The notes beneath the pieces are model-generated. The model did no database searches. It saw only the letters and a program-made list of their open reading frames with translations, and was not told where the DNA came from. Source: Candidatus Latescibacterota bacterium (GTDB taxonomy: Bacteria; Latescibacterota; UBA2968; GCA-2709665). From it: DNA of 64,000 bases. Location: assembly GCA_965237675.1 (NCBI GenBank), contig OZ250150.1, positions 832,001 through 896,000 of the forward strand. The letters run 5' to 3'. Positions 41,888-51,124 of this stretch are shown here, in pieces. Within the stretch, counting starts at the first letter, position 1. Every line of letters begins with the position of its first letter. Made by a program: the position numbers and the translations under genes.

Positions 41888-41979
41888 CCGGTACTCACGC
41901 CCGACGCGTGCCGGGGGGCCGGACCGGTCGGCGGTAAGCCGGCTCGATTGTCAAAAATTGTAAGCGCGAGGAGTAACCC

Positions 41980-43614
41980 ATGAACGTTGCAGACGTGGTG
42001 GCCCATATATTGAAGGCAGAGGGCGTGGAATATTTATTCGCTTATCCGGTAAATCCGCTCATCGAGGCCGCGGCGAAGGTGGACATCCGGCCGATTCTCG
42101 TCCGCCAGGAACGGATTGGCCTTCATATGGCCGATGCGTTGAGCCGCATGACATCGGGAAAACAGATCGGCGTCTTCTGTATGCAGAGCGGTCCGGGGTC
42201 GGAGAATGCGTTCGGCGGTGTCGCCCAGGCATATGGGGATTCGGCGCCGATCCTGGTGCTACCGATGGGTTATTCCAGGAAGCTGACCAATGTCCAGCCG
42301 AATTTCAACTCCGCGCTGAATTACCGGCATGTCACGAAGCTTTCCGAACAGGTCATCCTTCCGGAGACCGTTCCGGAGGTCATGCGACGGGCATTTACGC
42401 AGGTTCGAAACGGACGCCCCCGTCCTGTGCTGGTGGAGTTTCCAACCGACGTTTTCGACGAGGAGGTCCCCGGACCGTTTGACTACCGTCCCGTTCCTGC
42501 ATTGAGAACCGGTCCCGATCCGGACGCGGTTACCGTGGCGGCAACCATGTTGCTGGACGCGCAGAGGCCCGTAATTTACGCGGGGCAGGGCGTCCACTAC
42601 GCCGAGGCGTGGGAGTCCCTGCGGGATCTCGCGGAACTCCTTGAGGCGCCGGTCACCACCAGTCTCGGCGGGAAGAGCGCGTTTCCGGAGAACCATCCGC
42701 TTTCTCTTGGCTCCGGCGGCAGGTCCATTCCGGGCACGGTTCACCGGTTCCTGCAAGAGTCGGATCTGATTTTCGGGATCGGCTGCAGTTTCTCGCGCAC
42801 CCATTTCGGGGTGTCCATCCCCGAGGGCAAGACGGTTGTCCATGCGACACTGGATGCGGGGGACATCAACAAGGACGTGGAAGTCGAGCACGCCCTGCTG
42901 GGGGATGCAAAGCTCATCCTGGAAGCCGTGACGGCGGAGATTCGAGAACGGCTGGGCGGCCGGCCACGTGGACGGACGGAACAGGTGGCGCGGGAGATTG
43001 CCGCGGTCAAACGCGAGTGGCTCTCTCACTGGATGCCGAAACTGACGCTGGACGAGGCGCCGCTATCGCCGTATCGGGTAATTCGGGACCTGATGCGGAC
43101 GGTGGACGTGCCCAATACGATCATCACCCACGATGCCGGCAGCCCGAGAGATCAGCTTTCTCCGTTCTGGGAATCGCAGACGCCGCTCTCCTACATCGGC
43201 TGGGGAAAGACGACCCAACTCGGCTACGGGCTGGGTCTGGCGATGGGCGCCAAGCTCGCCAGACCGGACAAGCTCTGTATAAACGTATGGGGCGATGCCG
43301 CTATCGGATTTACAGGTATGGATTTTGAAACGGCGGTTCGCGAGCGGATTCCAATTCTCTCGGTACTATTCAACAATTTCAGTATGGCCATCGAACTGCC
43401 GGTGATGCCCGTCTCCACGGAAAAATACCGCAGCACGGATATTTCCGGGCACTATGCGGACATGGCGAAGGCATTCGGAGGCTACGGAGAACGCGTGGAA
43501 TCCCCGGACGACATCGTGCCCGCCATCATGCGGGGAATCCGGAAGACGGAGGAAGGCGTACCTGCGCTGCTGGAGTTCATCACGGCGAAGGAAATCGAGT
43601 TTTCGCTCTTCTGA
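41980..43614 (+). CDS. Thiamine pyrophosphate-requiring enzyme (acetolactate synthase-like)
   Basis: RQER, SGPG and WGDAA...NN motifs. Confidence 0.9.
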   Translation: MNVADVVAHILKAEGVEYLFAYPVNPLIEAAAKVDIRPILVRQERIGLHMADALSRMTSGKQIGVFCMQSGPGSENAFGGVAQAYGDSAPILVLPMGYSRKLTNVQPNFNSALNYRHVTKLSEQVILPETVPEVMRRAFTQVRNGRPRPVLVEFPTDVFDEEVPGPFDYRPVPALRTGPDPDAVTVAATMLLDAQRPVIYAGQGVHYAEAWESLRDLAELLEAPVTTSLGGKSAFPENHPLSLGSGGRSIPGTVHRFLQESDLIFGIGCSFSRTHFGVSIPEGKTVVHATLDAGDINKDVEVEHALLGDAKLILEAVTAEIRERLGGRPRGRTEQVAREIAAVKREWLSHWMPKLTLDEAPLSPYRVIRDLMRTVDVPNTIITHDAGSPRDQLSPFWESQTPLSYIGWGKTTQLGYGLGLAMGAKLARPDKLCINVWGDAAIGFTGMDFETAVRERIPILSVLFNNFSMAIELPVMPVSTEKYRSTDISGHYADMAKAFGGYGERVESPDDIVPAIMRGIRKTEEGVPALLEFITAKEIEFSLF

Positions 43615-43707
43615 TCGCGTCAGCTGAATCGACCACTCCTTCTCCGGCGAAACGCGAATCCGTTGCGCCTTTCAACATCGGTTACATAATCAGACAGGAG
43701 CATTTTG

Positions 43708-44250
43708 ATGGGACGTACAGGAATTTTCGCCTTGGCGGTCCTAATTGGTTTCATGCTGTCCTGTGGTGACGACAAACCCACGGAGCCGGTCCACGAAATG
43801 GTTGGGTTGTGGACCTACCAGGGATCCGAATTCAGTGCCACGGCAGCCAGAAACCTGCAGAGTTACATGGTGAATCAGGGCCTGGACCTGACGGCCGCGG
43901 TGCGCCTGGTCGCTGAATTCAGGAATGAGATGAGTAGCGGCTTCCGGGAAACGGGATTGGAGATCGTGCGATTCAATCAGGACCGAACCTACGAAGATAA
44001 TTCCGGCAATTCGGGAGTCTGGTCGGTTCAGGGCGACGTCCTCACGTTGGCAGGCGAAGACGGGTTTACCATTCAATGCCAGTACTTTGTGGACGGCGAA
44101 GACCTGACGCTCCTCCTGAACAAGGAGCGGTACCTGAACATCGTCAGGCAGGCGGAGGGTACGGTTGAGATTGACCCGGAACTACAGACGCTTCTCGATA
44201 TTTTGTTTGGTGACGGAGACTCAATACGACTCTTCTATAGGGCCGGATAG
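43708..44250 (+). CDS. Lipoprotein with a lipocalin-like domain
   Basis: Lipobox-like MLSC; VGLW and G.WSV.GD.L motifs. Confidence 0.75.
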   Translation: MGRTGIFALAVLIGFMLSCGDDKPTEPVHEMVGLWTYQGSEFSATAARNLQSYMVNQGLDLTAAVRLVAEFRNEMSSGFRETGLEIVRFNQDRTYEDNSGNSGVWSVQGDVLTLAGEDGFTIQCQYFVDGEDLTLLLNKERYLNIVRQAEGTVEIDPELQTLLDILFGDGDSIRLFYRAG

Positions 44251-44324
44251 CGGGCGGAAATTTTCGTGCACCTGGCAAGTCCGGGCGCGAAGCTGATATT
44301 GCGACACAGACAGAGGGCGTCCTG

Positions 44325-44540
44325 ATGGGCCGGGTATCGGTTTTCGGCTTGGCGGTCCTTATTGGTTTCGTGATGTCCTGTGGTGACGACAAACCCACGG
44401 AGCCGGTTCACGAAGGGGTTGGATCCTGGACTTACCAGCGATCCGAATTCAGTGCCACGGCAGCGACAAACCTGCAGAATTACCTGGTGGGCCAGGGCCT
44501 AGCCTATATACCCCCTGGGCTGATCGCCCGGCGGGTATAG
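44325..44540 (+). pseudogene. Truncated tandem paralogue of the lipoprotein
   Basis: The first ~59 codons are highly similar to the 43708 gene; similarity ends abruptly at ~44500. Confidence 0.8.
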
Positions 44541-44967
44541 GCGCATCAGTGGCGCACACAGACCCAATGGGCACCCTACTTGTTATCACTATAATGCGTT
44601 ACAGCCATTAAAAGAAATCACTGTTCATGATAATCATGATCCCGGAGAGTGGAATCAGCCTGAAATTGAAATTTACTATTACAACAATTCCGTTTCCTCG
44701 ACACCTCGTTTTATTCTTGAAGATCTTAATGTAATTGATTCATTATATACCGAATGGAGTGATGAAAGAGTCCACGGCACATGTTATAAAAAATTAGATA
44801 AGTTACAAGTTTGGGAGGCGGATACCTGGAACAGTGATGACAATGTGGCATTTTGGACGGATACTCAGCTTAGCACAAATCGAGACATAAATCTTCTACC
44901 TGGTGACGCGGACAGTGAAGAAGATGACGCTACGGTAAAAATTCGACAAACAAATGAAAATCTGTAG
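44524..44967 (+). pseudogene. Headless 147-codon frame (C-terminal gene remnant, possibly C2-like)
   Basis: Open from the TGA at 44521 to the TAG at 44967 with no early start codon; contains LQVWEADTWNSDD. Absent from the ORF track. Confidence 0.5.
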
Positions 44968-45126
44968 TATCAAATTTGCCCAGGGGGGACCCTGTTCCCC
45001 CGGGAAGGTCCGTTCAGGAGGCGTCTCTGACGGGCTTTTAGTTGCGCTCGAAAAATTTGCGAAATCTTTCGGGCAATGGACAAGGCCCATTGGTAGGGGA
45101 TTTTTTACATGAAGGGAAGGTCTTAG

Positions 45127-45963
45127 ATGGACCGATTTGCATTGTTGGAGAGAAAATTACGGTATCAGAAATGGGCGATTATTGTATTGGCCGCTTTATT
45201 TCTATTCACAAGTATTCCGGTCAAGAGCACGATTCATTCAAGGATAGTTTCTGGTAAGCCAACAGTGGCGCAAATGCCAGAAGATACGTTAAGAATTTCG
45301 GTATTAGAAATCATAAATTCAGCAGGAACGCCGGTCCTTGTTTTATCTTCTGATGTTGCCGGTAATGGCTCATTACAATGGTATGATCATCAAAAAATCC
45401 GTGTTGACGCCCTGGGGGTGGGGGATGGGGAGAATAGACTCATAACTGAATTGACTCTCTTTGATTTTGAGGGTGATCCCGCAATTGCCCTAAATTCCAG
45501 AGAACGCACTTATGGTAGTTCGATAGGTGTGTTTAGCAAAAAAGGATTTGACGTAGAAGGAGAGTTTGCGGTCGCGGGTATGGGAAACTTGGATGGAGTT
45601 TTTGGATTTTCCACCTTTGGGGAACGGCAAGGCCGCGACTTTTCATCAACACTTATGGGTGACTTTACTAATGAAGAAGACCCCACAAGTCTTATAGGGT
45701 CTCTCGACGATAATGAAACATTCACTGGTTTTTGGAATCAGGGTGGAAAAGATGCACAATTTCGGGTCATGAATAGTAAAGGAAAAGCTGTTGTCTTGGC
45801 GGGTTTGGATAGTATGGGAGACGGTTATTTAAAAACCTTCGATAGTGATAGTAAACCAACCTGGGAATCAAACAGTGCGCCAGGGGATCTGGATGGTGAC
45901 GGAGACGTAGATTTTAATGATTTTGTGATATTTGCCAAAATCTTTGGGTCTGGATCCAAATGA
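45127..45963 (+). CDS. Membrane-anchored beta-rich protein with a single C-terminal EF-hand/dockerin-like motif
   Basis: N-terminal TM helix; GDLDGDGDVDFNDFVIFAKIFG. Confidence 0.75.
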   Translation: MDRFALLERKLRYQKWAIIVLAALFLFTSIPVKSTIHSRIVSGKPTVAQMPEDTLRISVLEIINSAGTPVLVLSSDVAGNGSLQWYDHQKIRVDALGVGDGENRLITELTLFDFEGDPAIALNSRERTYGSSIGVFSKKGFDVEGEFAVAGMGNLDGVFGFSTFGERQGRDFSSTLMGDFTNEEDPTSLIGSLDDNETFTGFWNQGGKDAQFRVMNSKGKAVVLAGLDSMGDGYLKTFDSDSKPTWESNSAPGDLDGDGDVDFNDFVIFAKIFGSGSK

Positions 45964-45983
45964 TACCCACAACCAATTAAACA

Positions 45984-46020
45984 AGCCCGGGCGGGGCGAA
46001 CCTGCCTGGGCTCTTTTATT
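45984..46020 (+). terminator. Intrinsic terminator
   Basis: AGCCCGGGCGGG-gcgaa-CCTGCCTGGGCT stem followed by a T-rich tail. Confidence 0.65.
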
Positions 46021-46127
46021 TAGCTTCTAAGATCGGACAACGGCGGACCGGCCCGGGGTTTACTAAGGGAATTATAACCCAAAGTGACATGGGTTATGGT
46101 TCCTTTTTTTTGTTAAAGGAGGTTATC

Positions 46128-46385
46128 ATGAAGGTGTACTGGTGGCAAGGCGGTGTATTTTTTCATCCTGAGTCGGACTATGATTGTGATGCTTTACTGG
46201 CGCTGACCAGGGATGTACTTCCTGTTTTTTTCAAGGGCTCGGAGGTTATTTCAATGACTGGCCTTGATGAGAAAGCGATAGATGACAATTGGATTCATAA
46301 TGAGGATTCTGTTTGGAGGAAAGAGGTGGTCAAAGAGGCGGCCAAACTGGCGGCTAAGAAGGCGGCTACTCAGAATCAGGCATGA
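46128..46385 (+). CDS. Small hypothetical passenger protein (85 aa)
   Basis: Strong RBS AAGGAGG; MKVYWWQGGVFFHPE. Confidence 0.65.
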   Translation: MKVYWWQGGVFFHPESDYDCDALLALTRDVLPVFFKGSEVISMTGLDEKAIDDNWIHNEDSVWRKEVVKEAAKLAAKKAATQNQA

Positions 46386-46617
46386 GGTTGAGGTGTACGC
46401 TTGAATTCAGGTATAGCGGACAGATCAGTACTCTGTCAACGTCTTCGTCGAAGTGATGTTCGATGAGATTATATACTTCGCGGGCGGTTTTGATGGGCGT
46501 CTGTATCACCCACTGAGATCGAAGAACTCGTTTGGCTCCTAATTCTTCGAGTTCTTTGTTTAGTGCTGGTCGGTCTCTGTAATCTGATCTCAGGTCATAG
46601 CTTATGAGGAATTTCAT
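46366..46617 (-). CDS. Stand-alone Cas2/VapD-like ferredoxin-fold protein
   Basis: FLISYDL...L..LG.KRVLRSQW...D.DRVLI; 83 aa. Confidence 0.65.
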   Translation of the reverse strand: MKFLISYDLRSDYRDRPALNKELEELGAKRVLRSQWVIQTPIKTAREVYNLIEHHFDEDVDRVLICPLYLNSSVHLNLMPDSE

Positions 46618-46672
46618 GGTGCGTCGTCCTTCCGGAAGGGTGGATTCCTTACAAATAAGTTACATTTTGTCC

Positions 46673-46726
46673 TTGACAGACAACCTTTAAATCGTTATCT
46701 TTAAAGTAGATAAAGCGATTTAAAGG
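46673..46726 (+). promoter_or_regulatory. Sigma70-like transposase promoter embedded in an inverted repeat
   Basis: TTGACA (46673)-N17-TATCTT; perfect 11-bp IR at 46684-46694/46716-46726. Confidence 0.55.
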
Positions 46727-46735
46727 GGGCTTGAG

Positions 46736-47689
46736 ATGGGACAGAAAGGACCAGAGGGACCGGGGAAAAACTACCGGAAGGGTATTTCCCTGAAGAAGCT
46801 GTTCAAGATGTTTCCGGACGACGAGACGGCGCGTATGTGGTTCGAGAAGGCGAGGTGGCCTGATGGTCCTCAGTGTCCATATTGTCGTTCTCATAACGTC
46901 CAGTCGAACGTCAGGCACAAGACCATGACCCACAGATGCCGGGATTGCGAAAAGAAGCCGTTCTTTTCCGTGAAGGTTGGTACGGTGATGCAGTCCTCGA
47001 AGTTGGGGTACCAAACGTGGGCGATTGCAATTTACCTTTTCACGACGAATATCAAAGGCGTTTCGTCAATGAAGCTTCACAGGGATCTGGATATTGCCCA
47101 GAAGAATGCATGGCACCTTGCGCATCGTATCAGAAAGGCGTATGATAATGCAGGGGACTTCTTCTCCGGCCCCGTAGAGGTCGACGAGACGTATATCGGC
47201 GGGAAGGAGAAGAACAAGCATGTGTCGAAGAAGCTGAGGGCGGGGCGCGGTACCGTTGGCAAGACGGCGGTGGTAGGGGCGAAGGACCGGGAGACGGGCC
47301 GTATTGACGCTGAGGTTGCTGCGGCTGTTGACGGCAAGACGCTGAAGCAGTTTGTGTACGACAGGGTGGAACCTGGCGCGAAGGTGTTTACGGACGAGGC
47401 AACAGCGTACCAGGGGTTGTCAGGCGTTCACCACAAGCAGGTGAAGCACAGTGTGGGGGAGTACGTGAACGGCCAGGCATCCACGAATGGTATGGAAAGT
47501 TTCTGGAGTTTGCTTAAGCGGTCGTACCACGGAGTCTACCATCACCTGAGCGTGAAGCACCTGAATCGGTACATTTCTGAGTTCGCAGGCCGCCACAATG
47601 CCCGCGAGGCCGATACCATTGTCCAGATGGCGTGGATCGCCAGGGACATGGTCGGCAAGCGGCTTAAATACGAGGAGTTGGTGGGATAA
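46736..47689 (+). CDS. IS1595 family transposase
   Basis: Zn ribbon CPYC...CRDC, HTH, VEVDETYIGG, FTDE and TNGMESFW motifs. Confidence 0.95.
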   Translation: MGQKGPEGPGKNYRKGISLKKLFKMFPDDETARMWFEKARWPDGPQCPYCRSHNVQSNVRHKTMTHRCRDCEKKPFFSVKVGTVMQSSKLGYQTWAIAIYLFTTNIKGVSSMKLHRDLDIAQKNAWHLAHRIRKAYDNAGDFFSGPVEVDETYIGGKEKNKHVSKKLRAGRGTVGKTAVVGAKDRETGRIDAEVAAAVDGKTLKQFVYDRVEPGAKVFTDEATAYQGLSGVHHKQVKHSVGEYVNGQASTNGMESFWSLLKRSYHGVYHHLSVKHLNRYISEFAGRHNAREADTIVQMAWIARDMVGKRLKYEELVG

Positions 47690-47691
47690 GG

Positions 47692-47726
47692 AAAAGCCAC
47701 CTTTTGTAGGTGAAAAGGTGGCTTTT
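47692..47726. terminator. Bidirectional terminator-like hairpin
   Basis: Perfect 14-bp IR AAAAGCCACCTTTT / AAAAGGTGGCTTTT between convergent genes. Confidence 0.75.
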
Positions 47727-47754
47727 GCAAGATCCCTACTCTATTGTTTGTTCG

Positions 47755-48372
47755 TTAATGGGGTTTTGTTATTCCTCTAAAAGCTGCGCTCAAGTAAAAT
47801 ACTCCGGATATTGTAGCATATTGGAGTTGTTGCCAAAACGTAGGTGAACTTACATGAGAATTGGTTCTTGATCGCAATGGGAAGAGTACTATCTTTTTAG
47901 CGGCTTGATATGCTAAAAGCGACGATACGAAAATGGTAGAGCAAAAGATCGAAGTCTTAATAACGTGTAACTTCATTTGCATAATCGTATTATCATACGT
48001 ATCCAACAAGAGGTCTTGATTCTCAGTTGACAAGTCACTTGATTTCTGTTGCAATAATTCCTTCAGTTCTACTGTAGCCTCACGTTCTTCTTTATATGAA
48101 GCAAGACCGTTAAAAAACGATATTTTTGCGGCTTCTTGATTGACAATTTGAATAAGGCTCATTACTAAGCTATAAGCCTCATGATTTACTGTTACAGATA
48201 CGTCTTCCGACCATTTTCGTGTTAATTCAGATTCAAGTTTGGCTAAATTATGTCGAAGTCGGTCAATACAATAATCACGCCATAGGGTCAAATAGCCTAC
48301 GACAACGAAGAGTATTGCAAAAGCTGTCTTAATGACATCGAACGTCATATCTGTTTGATTCATTGAGTTCAC
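47755..48372 (-). CDS. Hypothetical membrane passenger protein (205 aa)
   Basis: AT-rich ORF with two hydrophobic segments. Confidence 0.6.
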   Translation of the reverse strand: MNSMNQTDMTFDVIKTAFAILFVVVGYLTLWRDYCIDRLRHNLAKLESELTRKWSEDVSVTVNHEAYSLVMSLIQIVNQEAAKISFFNGLASYKEEREATVELKELLQQKSSDLSTENQDLLLDTYDNTIMQMKLHVIKTSIFCSTIFVSSLLAYQAAKKIVLFPLRSRTNSHVSSPTFWQQLQYATISGVFYLSAAFRGITKPH

Positions 48373-48375
48373 CGT

Positions 48376-48597
48376 TTAATTCTTAATGCGTTCTTTTTCT
48401 CTTTTACGCAGGCCTCTTTGAAGTAATCCGTAGATTGCGCCACAGAGTGCCGGTACGGTGCAGGCTAACCAGCGAGTTAAATTCGCTTCCAGACTCGCCA
48501 AAAGTTGAAGATGGATCTCGGTCTCAACGCTCCTAAAGACCATATATGTGCAAAAGCAAACAGTAAAGCAGATCACTATGCATCTAAGGTCACTCAA
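48376..48597 (-). CDS. Small 2-TM passenger protein
   Basis: RBS AAGGAGG, TTG start, two hydrophobic helices and a basic tail; 3 bp upstream of the 205-aa gene. Confidence 0.55.
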   Translation of the reverse strand: MSDLRCIVICFTVCFCTYMVFRSVETEIHLQLLASLEANLTRWLACTVPALCGAIYGLLQRGLRKREKERIKN

Positions 48598-48816
48598 CGT
48601 AACGCCTCCTTACTCGTCTTATGTGGCAAATTTAACAAAAAGACCTGACGAGTCAAGGAATAATTCGAAGGTTCCTGCTTATTCACCTATGGAGGTTGTT
48701 ATATTGGGCCGCCCGCCCGACATTACGGAATTGCATAGACAACAGACGGCGGGAATATAACATTTCCGATTGACAAGATGCAAGAAATTTCTGGATTATT
48801 TCACAGGGGGCATAGC

Positions 48817-48996
48817 ATGGACAAGGCGAGAAAGCCACGGATGGAGATTATGCAGATGATTGAGCGTGTGAGGGACGGCGAGGATGCCGAGGAGGTCATT
48901 GCGGGAAGGAAGCCGGGGAAGGAGAAAAACGGCGATCCTGACGGCCTGGACGAACGCCTGGAGCGGTTTCTGGGGGACTTTCGTAGAATGCGGTAG
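48817..48996 (+). CDS. Small charged passenger protein (59 aa)
   Basis: RBS AGGGGG; TTGACA at 48770 upstream. Confidence 0.5.
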   Translation: MDKARKPRMEIMQMIERVRDGEDAEEVIAGRKPGKEKNGDPDGLDERLERFLGDFRRMR

Positions 48997-48998
48997 GT

Positions 48999-49616
48999 TT
49001 AAACTACGGGGCGTTTAGACAGGTCTAATGTAGTGGGTAGTCTCATGGGTGTTAGGTCATCCTCACGTGAATTTAAAAAAGTAATAGATTTGTAATAATC
49101 GTCCAATGGGATAAACACGCCATTTTGCTCTACCCAAGCTCGCATTGCACGATGGCAGCTTTGAATCCAAGACAGGAGTTCAATCTTCCAACCCATATTA
49201 TGTATTCGTTCAATATTACGATAAAAACCATGTCCCTCGGAATATCCGGCACCGTCACCTGTTAATACTACCATAGTACTTGGGGCGTGATCGGCGGCAT
49301 CCTCCAGCATACGCAACTGTAAATATTGGTCGGTTGTCTCCTGTTCTCCACTTTCACGAGAACCTCGGTCATATAAATGAACCTTGATGCCCTGATTTTC
49401 TAGGCTATTCCATAACTGTCGCATTTCAGGTGGAATAGAACCGGCTGCCCATGCTTTTTCCACTGGCCTATCGGCATGCGCCAATCGAAACAAATTTTCA
49501 AATTTCAAGCGTACGCGATAATATGAGGCAGGTTCATTACCGTTCTTGATCTCTGCCAATTGTTGCACTTGATAGAAAATATTGGAGTTGTCCCAATAAA
49601 TAAACACTTTGTCCAT
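48999..49616 (-). CDS. NYN-domain (PIN-like) protein
   Basis: IYWDNSN, EQE.TD and VLTGDG motifs; own promoter TTGACA-N17-TATTTT at 49666-49638. Confidence 0.85.
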   Translation of the reverse strand: MDKVFIYWDNSNIFYQVQQLAEIKNGNEPASYYRVRLKFENLFRLAHADRPVEKAWAAGSIPPEMRQLWNSLENQGIKVHLYDRGSRESGEQETTDQYLQLRMLEDAADHAPSTMVVLTGDGAGYSEGHGFYRNIERIHNMGWKIELLSWIQSCHRAMRAWVEQNGVFIPLDDYYKSITFLNSREDDLTPMRLPTTLDLSKRPVV

Positions 49617-49706
49617 TGTATGCTCCTTTCGGGTGGCAAAATACAAAAGTGCGCCGCGTATGTCAATACGCGCGGCGAAAAAAGATAATTGACTTGGGAG
49701 GTCGCA

Positions 49707-49823
49707 ATGGGTTCCGAGGAATCAAAGCCGAAGCGGAAGGCAAGGGCCGCGAAGACTGAGTATCAGCCTGCGGAAGAATCTGTGAGTCCGGAGGATGTGG
49801 CGCAGGCATTGTTTCCCGGATGA
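49707..49823 (+). CDS. 38-aa microprotein (EYQP...SPE motif)
   Basis: RBS GGGAGG; MGSEESKPKRKARAAKTEYQPAEESVSPEDVAQALFPG; below the ORF-track cutoff. Confidence 0.5.
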   Translation: MGSEESKPKRKARAAKTEYQPAEESVSPEDVAQALFPG

Positions 49824-49868
49824 TCCGCCACTGGTGGAATCCGGCAAGGGAAAAGAGACAAAGAAGGC

Positions 49869-50315
49869 ATGGAAGGCGTGGCTGAAGCGTTAGCGGGAGC
49901 GGCGAGTGTCTATCGAAAGAACGGTATGAGAATACTTCCTCGGATGCTGGACGTTAAGCAGATTGGACACGGTGAAGAATATACGATTTCTTGTGTGGAC
50001 TGCCGCACAATACTCTTTGATTCCACTAAGTCCGGGCCAGTCAATAGCGTGGGCATCTTGGTTCGCGCACCTTGCGATTGTGATCCCGACAAAGAGAAAG
50101 AAGAGTCGCCAGAAAAACAAAACAAAAGACTCACAATGCCGGTGGTCGTCCTTTTGATTTTCGTGATGCTGTTTCTCTCGTATGGTGTATACGTGTCGCA
50201 CAATAGATATTACGTCGTAAAGTCAGGACAACACACCGCGTACAAGGTGGATCGTTTCACCGGCGAAGCGTGGTTTCTTGCCCCGCACCCAAACAGGACG
50301 CGAAAAATCAAGTAA
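49869..50315 (+). CDS. Hypothetical passenger protein with Cys motifs and a TM helix
   Basis: CVDC...PCDC, TM helix, C-terminal YKVDRFTGEAW. Confidence 0.55.
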   Translation: MEGVAEALAGAASVYRKNGMRILPRMLDVKQIGHGEEYTISCVDCRTILFDSTKSGPVNSVGILVRAPCDCDPDKEKEESPEKQNKRLTMPVVVLLIFVMLFLSYGVYVSHNRYYVVKSGQHTAYKVDRFTGEAWFLAPHPNRTRKIK

Positions 50316-50342
50316 TACCTATGTACGCATCTTCTGTTTACC

Positions 50343-50648
50343 TTGTTACAAGGATCGGCAAGAGTGAAATACATACCCATCATAATGTCAATTGGTGTTA
50401 CTTTAGTTGCGGGTATCATACAATTGTGGATAATGGTGTCGGTGCTTGCGGATTGGATCGGGAGCATGATACTTGCGTTGATTATCGCATTCATGTGTAC
50501 GTGGGCTGTTCCACTTCCGTGGTTTGTGTTTACGTATTGGATTCTTGAGGGGCACTTCCTGTGGGTTTATATGGTCGCCTGGGTGGTTGGTTGGGGGGCG
50601 CAAATATTCTTGGGAATCTTGGTAAACCGGTTCAGAAGCGGAGGTTGA
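50343..50648 (+). CDS. Small multi-TM passenger protein
   Basis: About 3 hydrophobic helices; start uncertain. Confidence 0.5.
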   Translation: MLQGSARVKYIPIIMSIGVTLVAGIIQLWIMVSVLADWIGSMILALIIAFMCTWAVPLPWFVFTYWILEGHFLWVYMVAWVVGWGAQIFLGILVNRFRSGG

Positions 50649-50649
50649 A

Positions 50650-50829
50650 ATGAGCGCTAACGATGATCGGAAGAAGAAACCGGTTGTGGAGGTAGCGAGG
50701 AGCGAGTATCAGCCTACGAAGGAGGAGATGGAGGAGGAGGTGGTGATTGACGCCAGCCCGGAGGAATTGCTACGGGTAGTCGTGCGGGAGGTGGACTTGA
50801 AGCTGATTAATCCGAAGAAGGAAGATTGA
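50650..50829 (+). CDS. 59-aa microprotein (EYQP...SPE motif)
   Basis: RBS GGAGG; MSANDDRKKKPVVEVARSEYQPTKEEMEEEVVIDASPEELLRVVVREVDLKLINPKKED. Confidence 0.65.
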   Translation: MSANDDRKKKPVVEVARSEYQPTKEEMEEEVVIDASPEELLRVVVREVDLKLINPKKED

Positions 50830-50833
50830 GGGA

Positions 50834-51124
50834 TTAGTCTTTCTCCAACTGATTGCCGCAATGATAGCAGAAGCCGGTATAGTTGAGGTGTTCGTCCAGA
50901 TAATCATGCTTCATGGACTCTATGTCTTCATCAGGAATTACGTCAATGTCATATTTATCACTGAGGTTTTCTCTTAGCGTGTCTTCCTTGAATATATCTT
51001 CAGGGCATCTTGCGCATTGTACGACAGCGCCCAATTCACCATACATCAGGTCGGCGTCGGCACCACCTTTTTGCGCGATTTCCAAAAATTCTTCGTACGT
51101 ATCAGGCAAGAATCCATTTTCCAT
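50834..51124 (-). CDS. Acidic 96-aa protein with CxxC...CxxC (Zn-binding)
   Basis: CARC and CYHC; promoter TTGACA-N17-TACTTT at 51197-51169. Confidence 0.65.
   Translation of the reverse strand: MENGFLPDTYEEFLEIAQKGGADADLMYGELGAVVQCARCPEDIFKEDTLRENLSDKYDIDVIPDEDIESMKHDYLDEHLNYTGFCYHCGNQLEKD

Noticed and set aside
46366-46617. CRISPR-Cas locus suggested by the Cas2-like gene
   Set aside because: No cas1 or other cas genes and no repeat-spacer array seen in the window.
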